Source: a virus
Taxonomy: Duplodnaviria; Caudoviricetes
DNA length: 62,915 nt
Direction: 5' to 3' (one strand)
Virus record (IMG/VR): IMGVR_UViG_3300033142_001753
Coordinates: 1-62,915 of that record
The notes under the pieces: model-generated
The model's input: only the letters and a program-made list of their open reading frames with translations
Database searches by the model: none
Told to the model about the DNA's origin: nothing
Position numbers and translations under genes: made by a program
Shown: positions 48,358 to 57,347 of the stretch, piece by piece
How positions within the stretch are numbered: the stretch's first letter is position 1
Layout: every line of letters starts with the position of its first letter

Positions 48358-48429
48358 GTGCGGAGGTGAGAATCGAACCCACGATTACCGGAATATGAAC
48401 CCGGTGCCTTACCCCTTGGCTACTCCGCA
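48358..48429 (-). tRNA. tRNA with CAT anticodon (Met or Ile2), atypical body
   Basis: Cloverleaf: TGCGGAG/CTCCGCA, GCC-AAGGGGTAA-GGC, CCGGG-TTCATAT-TCCGG, GTGGG-TTCGATT-CTCAC. Confidence 0.88.
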
Positions 48430-48479
48430 AACTGTATGCTCCCCCTCGTCCATTACTTCACGAAGGGGGGCGAACTTTA

Positions 48480-48869
48480 CTATGCTTCTGAAGCAGTCTG
48501 CTCGACGTATGCCGAGTCATCGAACTCGATCACGATAACTACCGTCGCTGCCCCACCATGTAGGGTAGCATCATCCGTAAGCTTCAGGACCTTGCTTGTT
48601 GCAGTATCGGAATCAGGGTCAAAGATCAGGGCCTTGTTTGTGCTGTCCGGCACTCCAGTAACCACGACTCCAGCGGCAGCATTACCAGTTGGTGCAGTAA
48701 CCAAGTTGACTGTATCACCGGCCCTCCCTACTATAATAGTCCCTGTATCTACCATAGTGGCATCGCTGACAACCTTTACTGAATTCACGTTCCCACGGCA
48801 AGGGACTGGAATGTATGTAACTTCCGAGCCTCCGCCGTCGAGTTCTCTTGTAACAGTTATTGTCTTCAT
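48480..48869 (-). CDS. Capsid decoration-like protein (paralog 2)
   Basis: Highly similar to 48883-49266. Confidence 0.7.
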   Translation of the reverse strand: MKTITVTRELDGGGSEVTYIPVPCRGNVNSVKVVSDATMVDTGTIIVGRAGDTVNLVTAPTGNAAAGVVVTGVPDSTNKALIFDPDSDTATSKVLKLTDDATLHGGAATVVIVIEFDDSAYVEQTASEA

Positions 48870-48882
48870 TTTATCCTCTCTA

Positions 48883-49266
48883 TTATGCCTCTGAAGCAGC
48901 CTGCTCTACATAGGCACCATCGTCATATTCAACGAGTAGCACCATGGTCCCAGCGGTATCAACCGTATTGGGGATAGATATCTTTAGCACCTTGTTGGCT
49001 GCCGTATCTGAGTCAGGGTCAAAGATCAGGGCCTTGTTTGTGGTATCTGGTACACCGTCTACAATATTACCAGCGGCCAGGGCATCTGTTGGAGTCACCA
49101 GGTTAACGGCGGTTACCCCCCTACCGATAGTAATAGTCTCGTCTGCGTCCATCTCGGCGTCGTATACAGCTTTCACAGAATTCACATTCCCTCTACATGG
49201 AACAGGGGAATAGAAAACCTGTGTAGTAGTCGCGGCAACCTCAAGGACTATGTATAAATCCTTCAT
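48883..49266 (-). CDS. Capsid decoration-like protein (paralog 1)
   Basis: Shares PVPCRGNVNSVK, TNKALIFDPDSDTA and AYVEQ.ASEA with its neighbour. Confidence 0.7.
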   Translation of the reverse strand: MKDLYIVLEVAATTTQVFYSPVPCRGNVNSVKAVYDAEMDADETITIGRGVTAVNLVTPTDALAAGNIVDGVPDTTNKALIFDPDSDTAANKVLKISIPNTVDTAGTMVLLVEYDDGAYVEQAASEA

Positions 49267-49320
49267 ATATATTACTCCTTACAAGGAAGAGGAGGTATGC
49301 TCCTCTTCCAGGTTTTGGGT

Positions 49321-50718
49321 TTAGGTAGACACTAGGGTCGCACCAGTATCGAGTGGAAGCCACCAGATGTCAGTAGTAAGAAGCGCTCCACCACTGCCAG
49401 AGTTAGCGGCTGATACAACATCAATAGTCCCAGTATCTAAAATTATTGGAGCTATCATCCCAACAGCATGGCCGTCAGTTCCACCGGTCAGCGCGTCACC
49501 TGGAGTACCAGTCATCGAATAGATGGAATTTATTTCATCCGCATCAATGTCCAAGGTACCGCATAGATCGGAATCAGTACCGGTTGTTGGATTATAGATG
49601 AAGTTCGTAGCGGAGGCTCCAGCAGCGATTGCGGCACCACTTATTTGACCAACCAACCCAAATATAAGCACTCGGCCAGTTCCTATAGTGAATAGCGCAT
49701 TTTGCACAGTATCGAGGAGATCACCTGCAGCATGAGTAACTTTGTTGCCCCTCATCTCGACCTGGACTTCACCTTTCATACCGGTTGCCATGCCACCAAG
49801 GTCTGTCAGACCGGCCCCCAATGCTCCGATAACGGCCGTGTCAACTAGGATAGCGGCCACATCTACCCCTATTGCAGAAATGTCATCAGATGCTATGGCC
49901 GCATTATCCCCACCGGTGAAGTTGGCATTTGAATTTCCGTCCCAACCCTGCACCGACCAGGTTGACCCTGTAGCAGTATCAACGACGTTCGCAGTCAAAC
50001 TGGTTCCGTCATTGTAGAACTTGCCTGTAATATCAATGTCATGGCAGGCGGTGGTATGGAATTCAACAATAGACGTTGAGGCCACCCCATAAAAGTCTAC
50101 ATTGATCCTTGCGGTATCGACACCAACAAGCCTGATTGCATTAACACACGCATCACCGGCTATAAAGCCACTGTATTTCAGATCGATGTCCAATCTTTCG
50201 GCGGCGGCGGTAGTCAAGATTCCGCACTCACACTCAACTGTCGCACTTTCATCCTGGATCTCAACATCGATTTTACAGTCAGCGGCGCTAACCACTATTG
50301 GCGAGACTACTGCGTCGATGGATGGCTTAATTATTACATTTTCAATGCTACCGGAAGCCGCTGTCATGGTCATGGTAGCGTCTACCGCACTGAAGGTAAA
50401 AGTAGGTCTTAAAGCTCCAATACCTAAACCAACAATCCTTACCCCAATTTTGTTGATAGCGATAGCTGCCGCCGTTGACAAAGTCTCGGCATGGCCCGGC
50501 AAGAGGTATATAATATCTCCCTTACTCGCAGTAGCCAGACTCAGTGCAAATGTAAGCGTGGCAACCGAACTTTCCTTAGACCTCCCTGACCTTTCATCGT
50601 CACCGACACCAGTCGCATTAGGCCCGACATAGAACTTGGTGCCCGCTATATTGCGGTCAAATTCCGATAACGGACGGGTAGGATTAGGCCCCCCGACCGT
50701 AACAATTCTTTCACTCAT
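49321..50718 (-). CDS. Head fibre / minor capsid protein, beta-helix-like
   Basis: GDIIYLLPGHAE, GVRIVGLG..RPTFTF; start MSERI after AAGGAG. Confidence 0.65.
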   Translation of the reverse strand: MSERIVTVGGPNPTRPLSEFDRNIAGTKFYVGPNATGVGDDERSGRSKESSVATLTFALSLATASKGDIIYLLPGHAETLSTAAAIAINKIGVRIVGLGIGALRPTFTFSAVDATMTMTAASGSIENVIIKPSIDAVVSPIVVSAADCKIDVEIQDESATVECECGILTTAAAERLDIDLKYSGFIAGDACVNAIRLVGVDTARINVDFYGVASTSIVEFHTTACHDIDITGKFYNDGTSLTANVVDTATGSTWSVQGWDGNSNANFTGGDNAAIASDDISAIGVDVAAILVDTAVIGALGAGLTDLGGMATGMKGEVQVEMRGNKVTHAAGDLLDTVQNALFTIGTGRVLIFGLVGQISGAAIAAGASATNFIYNPTTGTDSDLCGTLDIDADEINSIYSMTGTPGDALTGGTDGHAVGMIAPIILDTGTIDVVSAANSGSGGALLTTDIWWLPLDTGATLVST

Positions 50719-50766
50719 AATATACTCCTTATAATAGAAGGGAGGGCAAGCCCTCCCCATTACTTG

Positions 50767-51744
50767 TTATGCAGGCGCTGTCAAGTTTTCATGAAGTACA
50801 TGCATTTTCCTGTTACTACAGTAGAGATTTCCCATCCAACGAGTGTTCGCGCTAATATCGTCAGGCTTCCCCAGGACTTCCTTGCTTACCCACACAGGAG
50901 TCGTGAAATTGAACTTCGGATGACTCCTTAAAGATAGGTAATTCATATTCAGTGCCATAAGTTGGCCCGCAGTAATATACGGATCGGCAACTATCGGAGC
51001 ACTCTCATGCCAAATGTTTTGCCAACCGGCCTTAACCATGTCCTTATCGGAATACCTTTGTTGGGGATGGAGGCTCTGTTTATAGCCGTCCCTAAGCAGG
51101 GCAGTAGTAGCAATAAAGTTCGGCAAAGCCCAGGCATGGTCACCCATATTGACTTCACGGAAAATCTTTTGCATAACAGCATAACTGATAGGTTCTACGG
51201 TATCGATGACGTTGGCCTTCCAATCTGCCATCTCGTTTGTATCGATACTTCCGTATTCAACGGCAGCATCGGTATCGAAAAGATCACCAAGGCCATTAAT
51301 ACTCTCACTATCAGCGGCAGCAGAAATAACATCCTCAGCCATCTGAATCCTGGCAGCCTTCTTGATGCTCTTCATATACTGATTGGTGAGGCTAATTACT
51401 GCAGCATCCCCCTGGTTCTGTACCTGATCATCCAGGTTTAAGGAGTTGGCACCCATAAGACCGGCCCAACGAAAACGGGCGGCGTCAAAGAGATCTTTCT
51501 TTGATTGCGGAATTACAGTAGAAGCACCGTAACTGCCCCTATGAGAGTTGGCATACTCCAGAGGAACCTTGACCATCTTTCCGCCGTCCACCATCTCATG
51601 AGGCTGTACTTCCCAGTTATCTTGGGTTATGGCGTTACCCATAAGACGCCACACCAAGGCCGAAGCCTTGTTGAGAATATCAACCGGCTCAGTCTGAAGC
51701 CAGAAGTATTCTGTAGTTGCATTTAACTGATTGATTAAGCTCAT
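50767..51744 (-). CDS. Major capsid protein
   Basis: 325 aa after the scaffold; DGGKMVKVPLEY, GWQNIW..PIVAD. Confidence 0.85.
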   Translation of the reverse strand: MSLINQLNATTEYFWLQTEPVDILNKASALVWRLMGNAITQDNWEVQPHEMVDGGKMVKVPLEYANSHRGSYGASTVIPQSKKDLFDAARFRWAGLMGANSLNLDDQVQNQGDAAVISLTNQYMKSIKKAARIQMAEDVISAAADSESINGLGDLFDTDAAVEYGSIDTNEMADWKANVIDTVEPISYAVMQKIFREVNMGDHAWALPNFIATTALLRDGYKQSLHPQQRYSDKDMVKAGWQNIWHESAPIVADPYITAGQLMALNMNYLSLRSHPKFNFTTPVWVSKEVLGKPDDISANTRWMGNLYCSNRKMHVLHENLTAPA

Positions 51745-51768
51745 TGTATACTCCTATCAGGAGCGGGC

Positions 51769-52557
51769 CTATGCCCTCTGTTTATCGAGGACAGCCTGCA
51801 TTCCTGCATTCCTTGCTGCTCCTGTTGTTTTTGTTTGTGGTTGTGGACTCTGATTCCCTTGGCTCTTGAGAATGACAGTGCCAGTTTCATCAGTTCCTTT
51901 TTTCAGATTAAGACGCTTCATTAATTCTTCGTTCTGCTCAGAGAGTTCCTTGTTACTCGACGCAAGGTCGTCTCTCTGGATCTCCCGATATGCAACTAAA
52001 GCATCGGACATACCGGTTTTGTCATTGGCAATATATTCCTTAATCCTTGCCTGCATTTCCGGAGTCCTGAAATCAGTATTTGCCTCATCGAAAGTTTGAT
52101 GAGCGGACCTAATGTCCCTATCGTCAAGCTCTGATCTAAACGCAGCAGTTGCTGCAGCTAAGGTCTTTGAATGCTGACCTTCGGCCGCTAGAGCATTTGA
52201 CTTGCGAATGAGAGCAGTCAACTTCGGAGTGTACCCTTCGTCTACAGGGTCCAGGTCCTTAATTTCCTTATCTATCTTTGCTTGTTCACTCTTGACGCTC
52301 TCTGCCTCTAAATCGGAGGCTTTCATCTGACTGGCCTTTTCACCAGCTTCTATCTTGGCCTGCATTTCACCAAGTCTTTGTTCACCATCTTCGACTTGCT
52401 TACGAAGTAGGCCAGACTCATTGCCCTGATCTGACAATTTCCCCTGCAAGTTTTTGAGTCCTTCCTCAGCATCTTCCTTGCTAGACCAGGAACCGAGATA
52501 GGGTTCATCTTTATTCTCTTCGGGGTTGCCTTCAGTGCTTTTTTTGTCGTCGTCCAT
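51769..52557 (-). CDS. Capsid scaffolding protein
   Basis: Acidic coiled coil; YLGSWSSKEDAEEG...QGNE.G.LRK; directly precedes the major capsid gene. Confidence 0.75.
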   Translation of the reverse strand: MDDDKKSTEGNPEENKDEPYLGSWSSKEDAEEGLKNLQGKLSDQGNESGLLRKQVEDGEQRLGEMQAKIEAGEKASQMKASDLEAESVKSEQAKIDKEIKDLDPVDEGYTPKLTALIRKSNALAAEGQHSKTLAAATAAFRSELDDRDIRSAHQTFDEANTDFRTPEMQARIKEYIANDKTGMSDALVAYREIQRDDLASSNKELSEQNEELMKRLNLKKGTDETGTVILKSQGNQSPQPQTKTTGAARNAGMQAVLDKQRA

Positions 52558-52753
52558 GTTCATCCTCCGGGGCCGCTTGCTGTTGACGTTATTCCCTAGG
52601 GCCGTCGCAAGGGATACTCCCATTTTTAAGGTTTAATAAAATAATACTTGCCTTTTACAACATATAATGTTACGGTAATTAATTTACCATGTTTTTTTTC
52701 AGTCCGCCATGATTCGACTTTTTTATTCTATGAATTCCGAAATATCAGAGGAG

Positions 52754-52828
52754 GATAAGTGGCAATAAATTACCTCTTAACGACACCAGTTAGCGATAAG
52801 TGGTAACAAAAGGTCTGATAAGTGGTAA
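52754..52828. promoter_or_regulatory. Three direct GATAAGTGGYAA boxes upstream of the capsid operon
   Basis: Copies at 52754, 52795 and 52817. Confidence 0.55.
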
Positions 52829-52829
52829 T

Positions 52830-52855
52830 AAAAAAAGCCCGCAATGTGCGGGCTT
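52830..52855 (-). terminator. Rho-independent terminator
   Basis: AAGCCCGCAC-ATT-GCGGGCTT hairpin plus T7 on the minus strand. Confidence 0.8.
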
Positions 52856-52875
52856 CAAGTTCTATTCAATTCAAT

Positions 52876-53145
52876 TTAACCGATAGGGATAAGACCTTTC
52901 TTTTTGAGGCACGCCCTCCATTCGGTCCGGGTAGTGAGACGTGGCTCCCTCGGAGTCAATAAGGTATCGCAGGCGGAGGCGAGCCATGGCACTTTGCCAT
53001 CCGTCTGAATGGCAGTCGAGGAAAGTATTTTGCTTGCTACTCCCCTACAATGAATACACTCAACCTCTCTCGGGCAATCATCCATCGGGGAAACCTTGTC
53101 CATCACTTTATTACACTTTTGACACTCATATTCATAAAGGGGCAC
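52876..53145 (-). CDS. FmdB-family zinc-ribbon protein
   Basis: MPLYEYECQKC...CIHC...KILS. Confidence 0.85.
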   Translation of the reverse strand: MPLYEYECQKCNKVMDKVSPMDDCPREVECIHCRGVASKILSSTAIQTDGKVPWLASACDTLLTPREPRLTTRTEWRACLKKKGLIPIG

Positions 53146-53155
53146 GGTAAACCTC

Positions 53156-53302
53156 CTACTTCAGTGCTCGGCCAGTTGCCAGCGCAGAAATTGCAGTCAC
53201 TGTATAAGATAGCACTGTAACAATTTCCTTTTCTCCTACCATTATCATTGCTGCTGCTGACAATACACCGATAATTCCCATAGCAAGCGTAATATCTTTC
53301 AT
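53156..53302 (-). CDS. Small two-TM membrane protein (48 aa)
   Basis: AAGGAG RBS; MKDITLAMGIIGVLSAAAMIMV...VTVLSYTVTAISALATG. Confidence 0.6.
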   Translation of the reverse strand: MKDITLAMGIIGVLSAAAMIMVGEKEIVTVLSYTVTAISALATGRALK

Positions 53303-53311
53303 AATCTCTCC

Positions 53312-53524
53312 TTAATTCAATGAAACAATATTGGGCTGAGCGGGCGTCTTCGTCGCAACATGATTAGCCACGGCGGCCATAGCTCTACCAAAAATATTCA
53401 ACATGACCACAGGATTATCAACTGGTCCTGTAACTGACACATTGCCATCATTGTATATAAATATCTCGACTTTCCCTAAGACTGTCGGCTTGCTCTGGTC
53501 TTCCACTTTCTTTTCGTCACTCAT
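53312..53524 (-). CDS. Hypothetical protein
   Basis: GAGGTG RBS; directly follows tad1. Confidence 0.75.
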   Translation of the reverse strand: MSDEKKVEDQSKPTVLGKVEIFIYNDGNVSVTGPVDNPVVMLNIFGRAMAAVANHVATKTPAQPNIVSLN

Positions 53525-53536
53525 TGTATCACCTCT

Positions 53537-53881
53537 TTATATTTTATCTGTTCCTTCGACTCCACGCCTGACACGCTCCGCCGTTCGGTAGCGTAACCAT
53601 CCGAGGCCTTCCTCTACTTTCTTCAAGGCCTTCGCATTTTCTTCGCAGGCATGAGGCCCCGCCTGAAAGCACTTAAGCCTATCAATTACAATAGCAAGGA
53701 GATCTTCATTCTGGCAACCAGTAACGCCGAATTCACCTATCGGACCTTCTTGAAATTTAACGAAGCATAGGGATACCTGGTCTTTCGTCACGAGATATCT
53801 GTGGTAGGCCCCTCCCGCCCCAGGTTCATCCATCACTGTAATTTTGTTCGTGTAATCGGTTTCGAGTACTCTGTTTTCCAT
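53537..53881 (-). CDS. tad1: Tad1-family Thoeris anti-defence sponge protein
   Basis: GAGGAYHRY, KFQEG, DLLAIVIDRLKCFQAGP...ENAKAL..VEE...W...R...R..R.VEGT match Tad1 conserved blocks as recalled. Confidence 0.85.
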   Translation of the reverse strand: MENRVLETDYTNKITVMDEPGAGGAYHRYLVTKDQVSLCFVKFQEGPIGEFGVTGCQNEDLLAIVIDRLKCFQAGPHACEENAKALKKVEEGLGWLRYRTAERVRRGVEGTDKI

Positions 53882-53887
53882 ATTATT

Positions 53888-54289
53888 CTACTCCTTGATT
53901 TGCCAATCTTCTGAGAAAAGATCAACTTGAGCCGGTTGCCAAGGAAGTAACCTTACTCCCTCTTCGCACCCAGGCACCGTAATAAATAAATAAGAATGCG
54001 ACATCTTGCTGTGATAATCTGGAACTTGGGCTTCAAGATGCATACCACCGCCGTTCCAACCTTTACGCAAAACTTTATGCCCCTTGCGCATAGCTTCAAG
54101 AGCGATACCAAATGACATCGAATCAATCTTGCGATATGCATCATCAAACGCATCCTTGGGACTCCAAGATACATACCCATCCTCATATTCAACTTTGTAT
54201 CCAGGATCTCCGGCTTTTGACTTATGCCGATCACTCGGACAGCTCTGAGGTTCAGCTTTAATGATCTTAGTCCCGATATAAGTTTCCAT
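53888..54289 (-). CDS. tad2: Tad2 (DUF2829)-family sponge with extra N-terminal domain
   Basis: MSFGIALEAMRKGHKVLRKGWNG...PWQPAQVDLFSEDW. Confidence 0.82.
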   Translation of the reverse strand: METYIGTKIIKAEPQSCPSDRHKSKAGDPGYKVEYEDGYVSWSPKDAFDDAYRKIDSMSFGIALEAMRKGHKVLRKGWNGGGMHLEAQVPDYHSKMSHSYLFITVPGCEEGVRLLPWQPAQVDLFSEDWQIKE

Positions 54290-54300
54290 GATATTCTCCT

Positions 54301-56220
54301 TTACTTCTGTTTAGGGTTCTCTTTCTCACCGCCCGGCCCCTGGTCTGGCTGCATTAGATATTGCTTCAATTCAAATGCATCCTCTTCAGGCATACCGCTA
54401 TCAATAAGGATCTGCAAAGCCTGGTCAAGCTGAGTTTCCCCAGTCCTTTCTACTATCCCTTTCCAGTCCGGGACGTTCATGATCTCAAGCACGGCCCGCT
54501 GATCGATAGCCTTAGTTTCCCATAACCACTTTGCGATTTCTTGCATCTGTAGGCTGGTCCTCGGAGTAGTAGATCCAGACTCAACCACATAACTAAATTT
54601 CCGTCCAGCGAAGGCAGTACCAATAAACTCTTTCGGATCTCCACCGACATCCACCAGCTCAACATTTGTACCAAAATTCTGGTACAGGCCTATACACCAC
54701 CGACTCCGATTCTCCGCCAAGCTTTCGACCGCCGATGTTTTAGATTGCATCAACTCCTGATTTCGCTCCTGCAACGACACGATAGCGGCGGCAGCGATTA
54801 CACCCTTCGGGGCCTGGCCTCTATCCGCACTCTCAATAGCGTATACCCTGTCGAAAAACCCCACAATAACCTCAAGCACCTGGAAAAAGGTGCTTGGCAA
54901 ATTCGGTATCTGCATAAACTCGATCCTGGCATTCGGGGAAGTCGGCATCAGTATTAAACGACCAGACTTTTTGAGTTGACCTTCGATCATCTCCCTGGTA
55001 ATGCCACAGTGCTTTTGGACGATAAGCGGAGGGCTCATCACATTGATAACGTAATTGATGAGTCTTGATATAATCTTATTGATCTTGACTATAAGGTCCC
55101 CAACCTGCTCAGCGGCAGCAAAGCCCCATAAGGATACAAGATCCTTATAACTATTTGCATGATAAACTGGAAACCTGCCCCAAGGATGAGTAGTCTTCGC
55201 AATTTCAGGGTCCAGGGCAGGGTTAATGTTGGGGTTCGCGCAATCATCCAAAACAACGAAACCGTTATGATCACCGCCGGAAGTAGCGGCAATAGTTATC
55301 TTCCTCACTCCATCGGGGTACACCTGGACCGTCTTCGTTGTTTTCTCGATAACCATCTCGCCAGCCTCATCCATCTCTGGCATTTCAGTTTCCGGATCAA
55401 TGACAGGATGCTCTTCGCTTACTGTCTTTTTTCTATAATCCCTGATCCACACCTCTTTAACTAAACAGCGTTCAAGTTTCTTATCGGACGCTCCTTTGCT
55501 ACTCGTACCGGCCTTTGTCATAGGATCTTGATACTTACCGGTAAGCGATACGTCAAGATTAGTACAGCCCGTGCCCTTGTATTCCTCCCTTACAGTTCCC
55601 AGCAGATCATAGGCCTCGTCTGGTACTATATTCTCAACACCGAATTCGGACTCTATGGCCTTTATGTATTTCAAATATGTGAAGGAAGCAAAAAGAATAT
55701 CTGTATCGATATTCTCATAAAATCCTGGAGCAGGATAAAAGGTGTATGGATCACTGATAAAAATATTCGGGCACTCCTGCTCTTTGTTCCAACCGGGCTT
55801 CTCAAGTGTTATCCCGTAAATCTCCATAGTTCTGGCTGAAGACCGGATCTTTGTTTGCTGATTTGTTTCCTTCCACCACTTCTTGAGTTTTGAATCTAAG
55901 ATATCCTCAACTCCGTCCTGGTCTGTGCCATCCAGATCCACTACCTCGCCAACAGGTTCCCGAGCGGTAATATTGGCAACGGTTCGCTCAATATTGGAGA
56001 AATAAAGGTTTACGGGCGTTAAACCAGCAGACCGGCCCAGTATTCCACCAACCGTTTTGCCGCGATACAGGCTGTAATTAGCGAGTAGGTCGTCGTGCTT
56101 TCCGAGCCTTTCGAGTTCTAATCGGGAGATTTCGAAAAGGTTATTTGCAAAAGCCGCAACATCCTTATGTCCTTTGGGGGGAGGGTTCGACAAGTTCCAT
56201 TCTTCACTCATGGCTGGCAT
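54301..56220 (-). CDS. Portal protein
   Basis: 639 aa between TerL and the scaffold; DPYTFYP, RGQAPKGVIAAAAIVSLQE, VESGSTTP. Confidence 0.85.
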   Translation of the reverse strand: MPAMSEEWNLSNPPPKGHKDVAAFANNLFEISRLELERLGKHDDLLANYSLYRGKTVGGILGRSAGLTPVNLYFSNIERTVANITAREPVGEVVDLDGTDQDGVEDILDSKLKKWWKETNQQTKIRSSARTMEIYGITLEKPGWNKEQECPNIFISDPYTFYPAPGFYENIDTDILFASFTYLKYIKAIESEFGVENIVPDEAYDLLGTVREEYKGTGCTNLDVSLTGKYQDPMTKAGTSSKGASDKKLERCLVKEVWIRDYRKKTVSEEHPVIDPETEMPEMDEAGEMVIEKTTKTVQVYPDGVRKITIAATSGGDHNGFVVLDDCANPNINPALDPEIAKTTHPWGRFPVYHANSYKDLVSLWGFAAAEQVGDLIVKINKIISRLINYVINVMSPPLIVQKHCGITREMIEGQLKKSGRLILMPTSPNARIEFMQIPNLPSTFFQVLEVIVGFFDRVYAIESADRGQAPKGVIAAAAIVSLQERNQELMQSKTSAVESLAENRSRWCIGLYQNFGTNVELVDVGGDPKEFIGTAFAGRKFSYVVESGSTTPRTSLQMQEIAKWLWETKAIDQRAVLEIMNVPDWKGIVERTGETQLDQALQILIDSGMPEEDAFELKQYLMQPDQGPGGEKENPKQK

Positions 56221-56223
56221 GGC

Positions 56224-56694
56224 TTATTCTCCCTTCTTTTTGCTAGAAAAAGTGGCCTCTTTTTCTATCTTTTTCATCATATCTTCTGGGGTGAGTGGTT
56301 CAGGTTCAGGTTCAGCTTTATCCTCATCCTTCAACTCAATCGCTGGCTCATCATGCAAGGCGTGAGCTTCCTTGACCGGAGCACAGGTTTCCCGCCAAAC
56401 CATCTTCGACCTCTCTTCGGATATCTCTGTAACTTTAACATCCGGGAAGTCTGCAAAAATTAATTTGCCAGTTGTAGAAATATATCCTGAGCACTGTGAG
56501 CAAAACATAAGAAAGCGGAAAGTTGATGCAACCGCCAACGATCCGTCGTAAGTAGGCCAATCCTTGTAAAGAGGGAGTAACCTAAGCATATCACCTGTTA
56601 ATGGTTTGTGACAGTTATAGAACTCAGTGGTCTCATATAATACAAGACCACATGATCTGCATTTCACCTTAAATCCTTCTAATCCGATTGTCAT
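56224..56694 (-). CDS. Zinc-finger protein
   Basis: CRSC and CSQC. Confidence 0.65.
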   Translation of the reverse strand: MTIGLEGFKVKCRSCGLVLYETTEFYNCHKPLTGDMLRLLPLYKDWPTYDGSLAVASTFRFLMFCSQCSGYISTTGKLIFADFPDVKVTEISEERSKMVWRETCAPVKEAHALHDEPAIELKDEDKAEPEPEPLTPEDMMKKIEKEATFSSKKKGE

Positions 56695-57332
56695 ATACGA
56701 TACCCCTCATATTTAATTTGCTCTTCTTTTGTTAACGGCCACTTGTTGTGTTTCTGTAAATTAAGATGTACTTCTAAAATTTGTAAGTTATCTTCATGAT
56801 GTAAACCACCTTTATTTAGGGGCTGGATATGATCTACGTGGAAAAATGTATCGCCCAAAATATTATTTGTCTCATTGCACACAGCATAATATAACCAAAT
56901 CATCTTAGAATCAACGGGCAGTAACGTATGGTTTATTTTTTTTGCTCGTCGTTCAGCTTCATATATACAAAATTTCTCTCTATTGTTTTCACGATACATG
57001 GTATTACTTTTTTGAATTTTATCTTTATTGGTTTTACGATATATAGCATGGCTATTTAGTATTTTTTCTTTATTATTTAAATAATATTCCGCAAGATATT
57101 GATTTATTTTTTCTTTATTGTTCTGACGATATTCTTTACTACGCTCAGATGTCCTTTTTTTATTATTCATGCGATACTTTGTATGACATTCTTTTATTCT
57201 TTTACTATTTTTTCTGCAATATTCCCTTACACATATTTTGCACCGCCCCCTTGTCCCATCTTTTGTATTCTTATCCTTAATAAAATCTTCAAGGGGCAAC
57301 AATCTCTTGCATTCATTACACCGCTTACTCAT
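56691..57332 (-). CDS. HNH homing endonuclease
   Basis: CNEC/CKIC, YRxNNKE repeats, HVDHIQPL..GGLH...NLQIL...N..K. Confidence 0.9.
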   Translation of the reverse strand: MSKRCNECKRLLPLEDFIKDKNTKDGTRGRCKICVREYCRKNSKRIKECHTKYRMNNKKRTSERSKEYRQNNKEKINQYLAEYYLNNKEKILNSHAIYRKTNKDKIQKSNTMYRENNREKFCIYEAERRAKKINHTLLPVDSKMIWLYYAVCNETNNILGDTFFHVDHIQPLNKGGLHHEDNLQILEVHLNLQKHNKWPLTKEEQIKYEGYRI

Positions 57333-57347
57333 TGAATGTTTTTTCCA

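Noticed and set aside
48158-48430. 90-aa ORF upstream of the NrdD-like gene
   Set aside because: It overlaps the tRNA gene, so the annotated start is unlikely to be real.
31074-49266. Diversity-generating retroelement acting on tail or head genes
   Set aside because: No reverse transcriptase and no template/variable repeat pair with adenine-specific mismatches; the paralog similarity is ordinary duplication.
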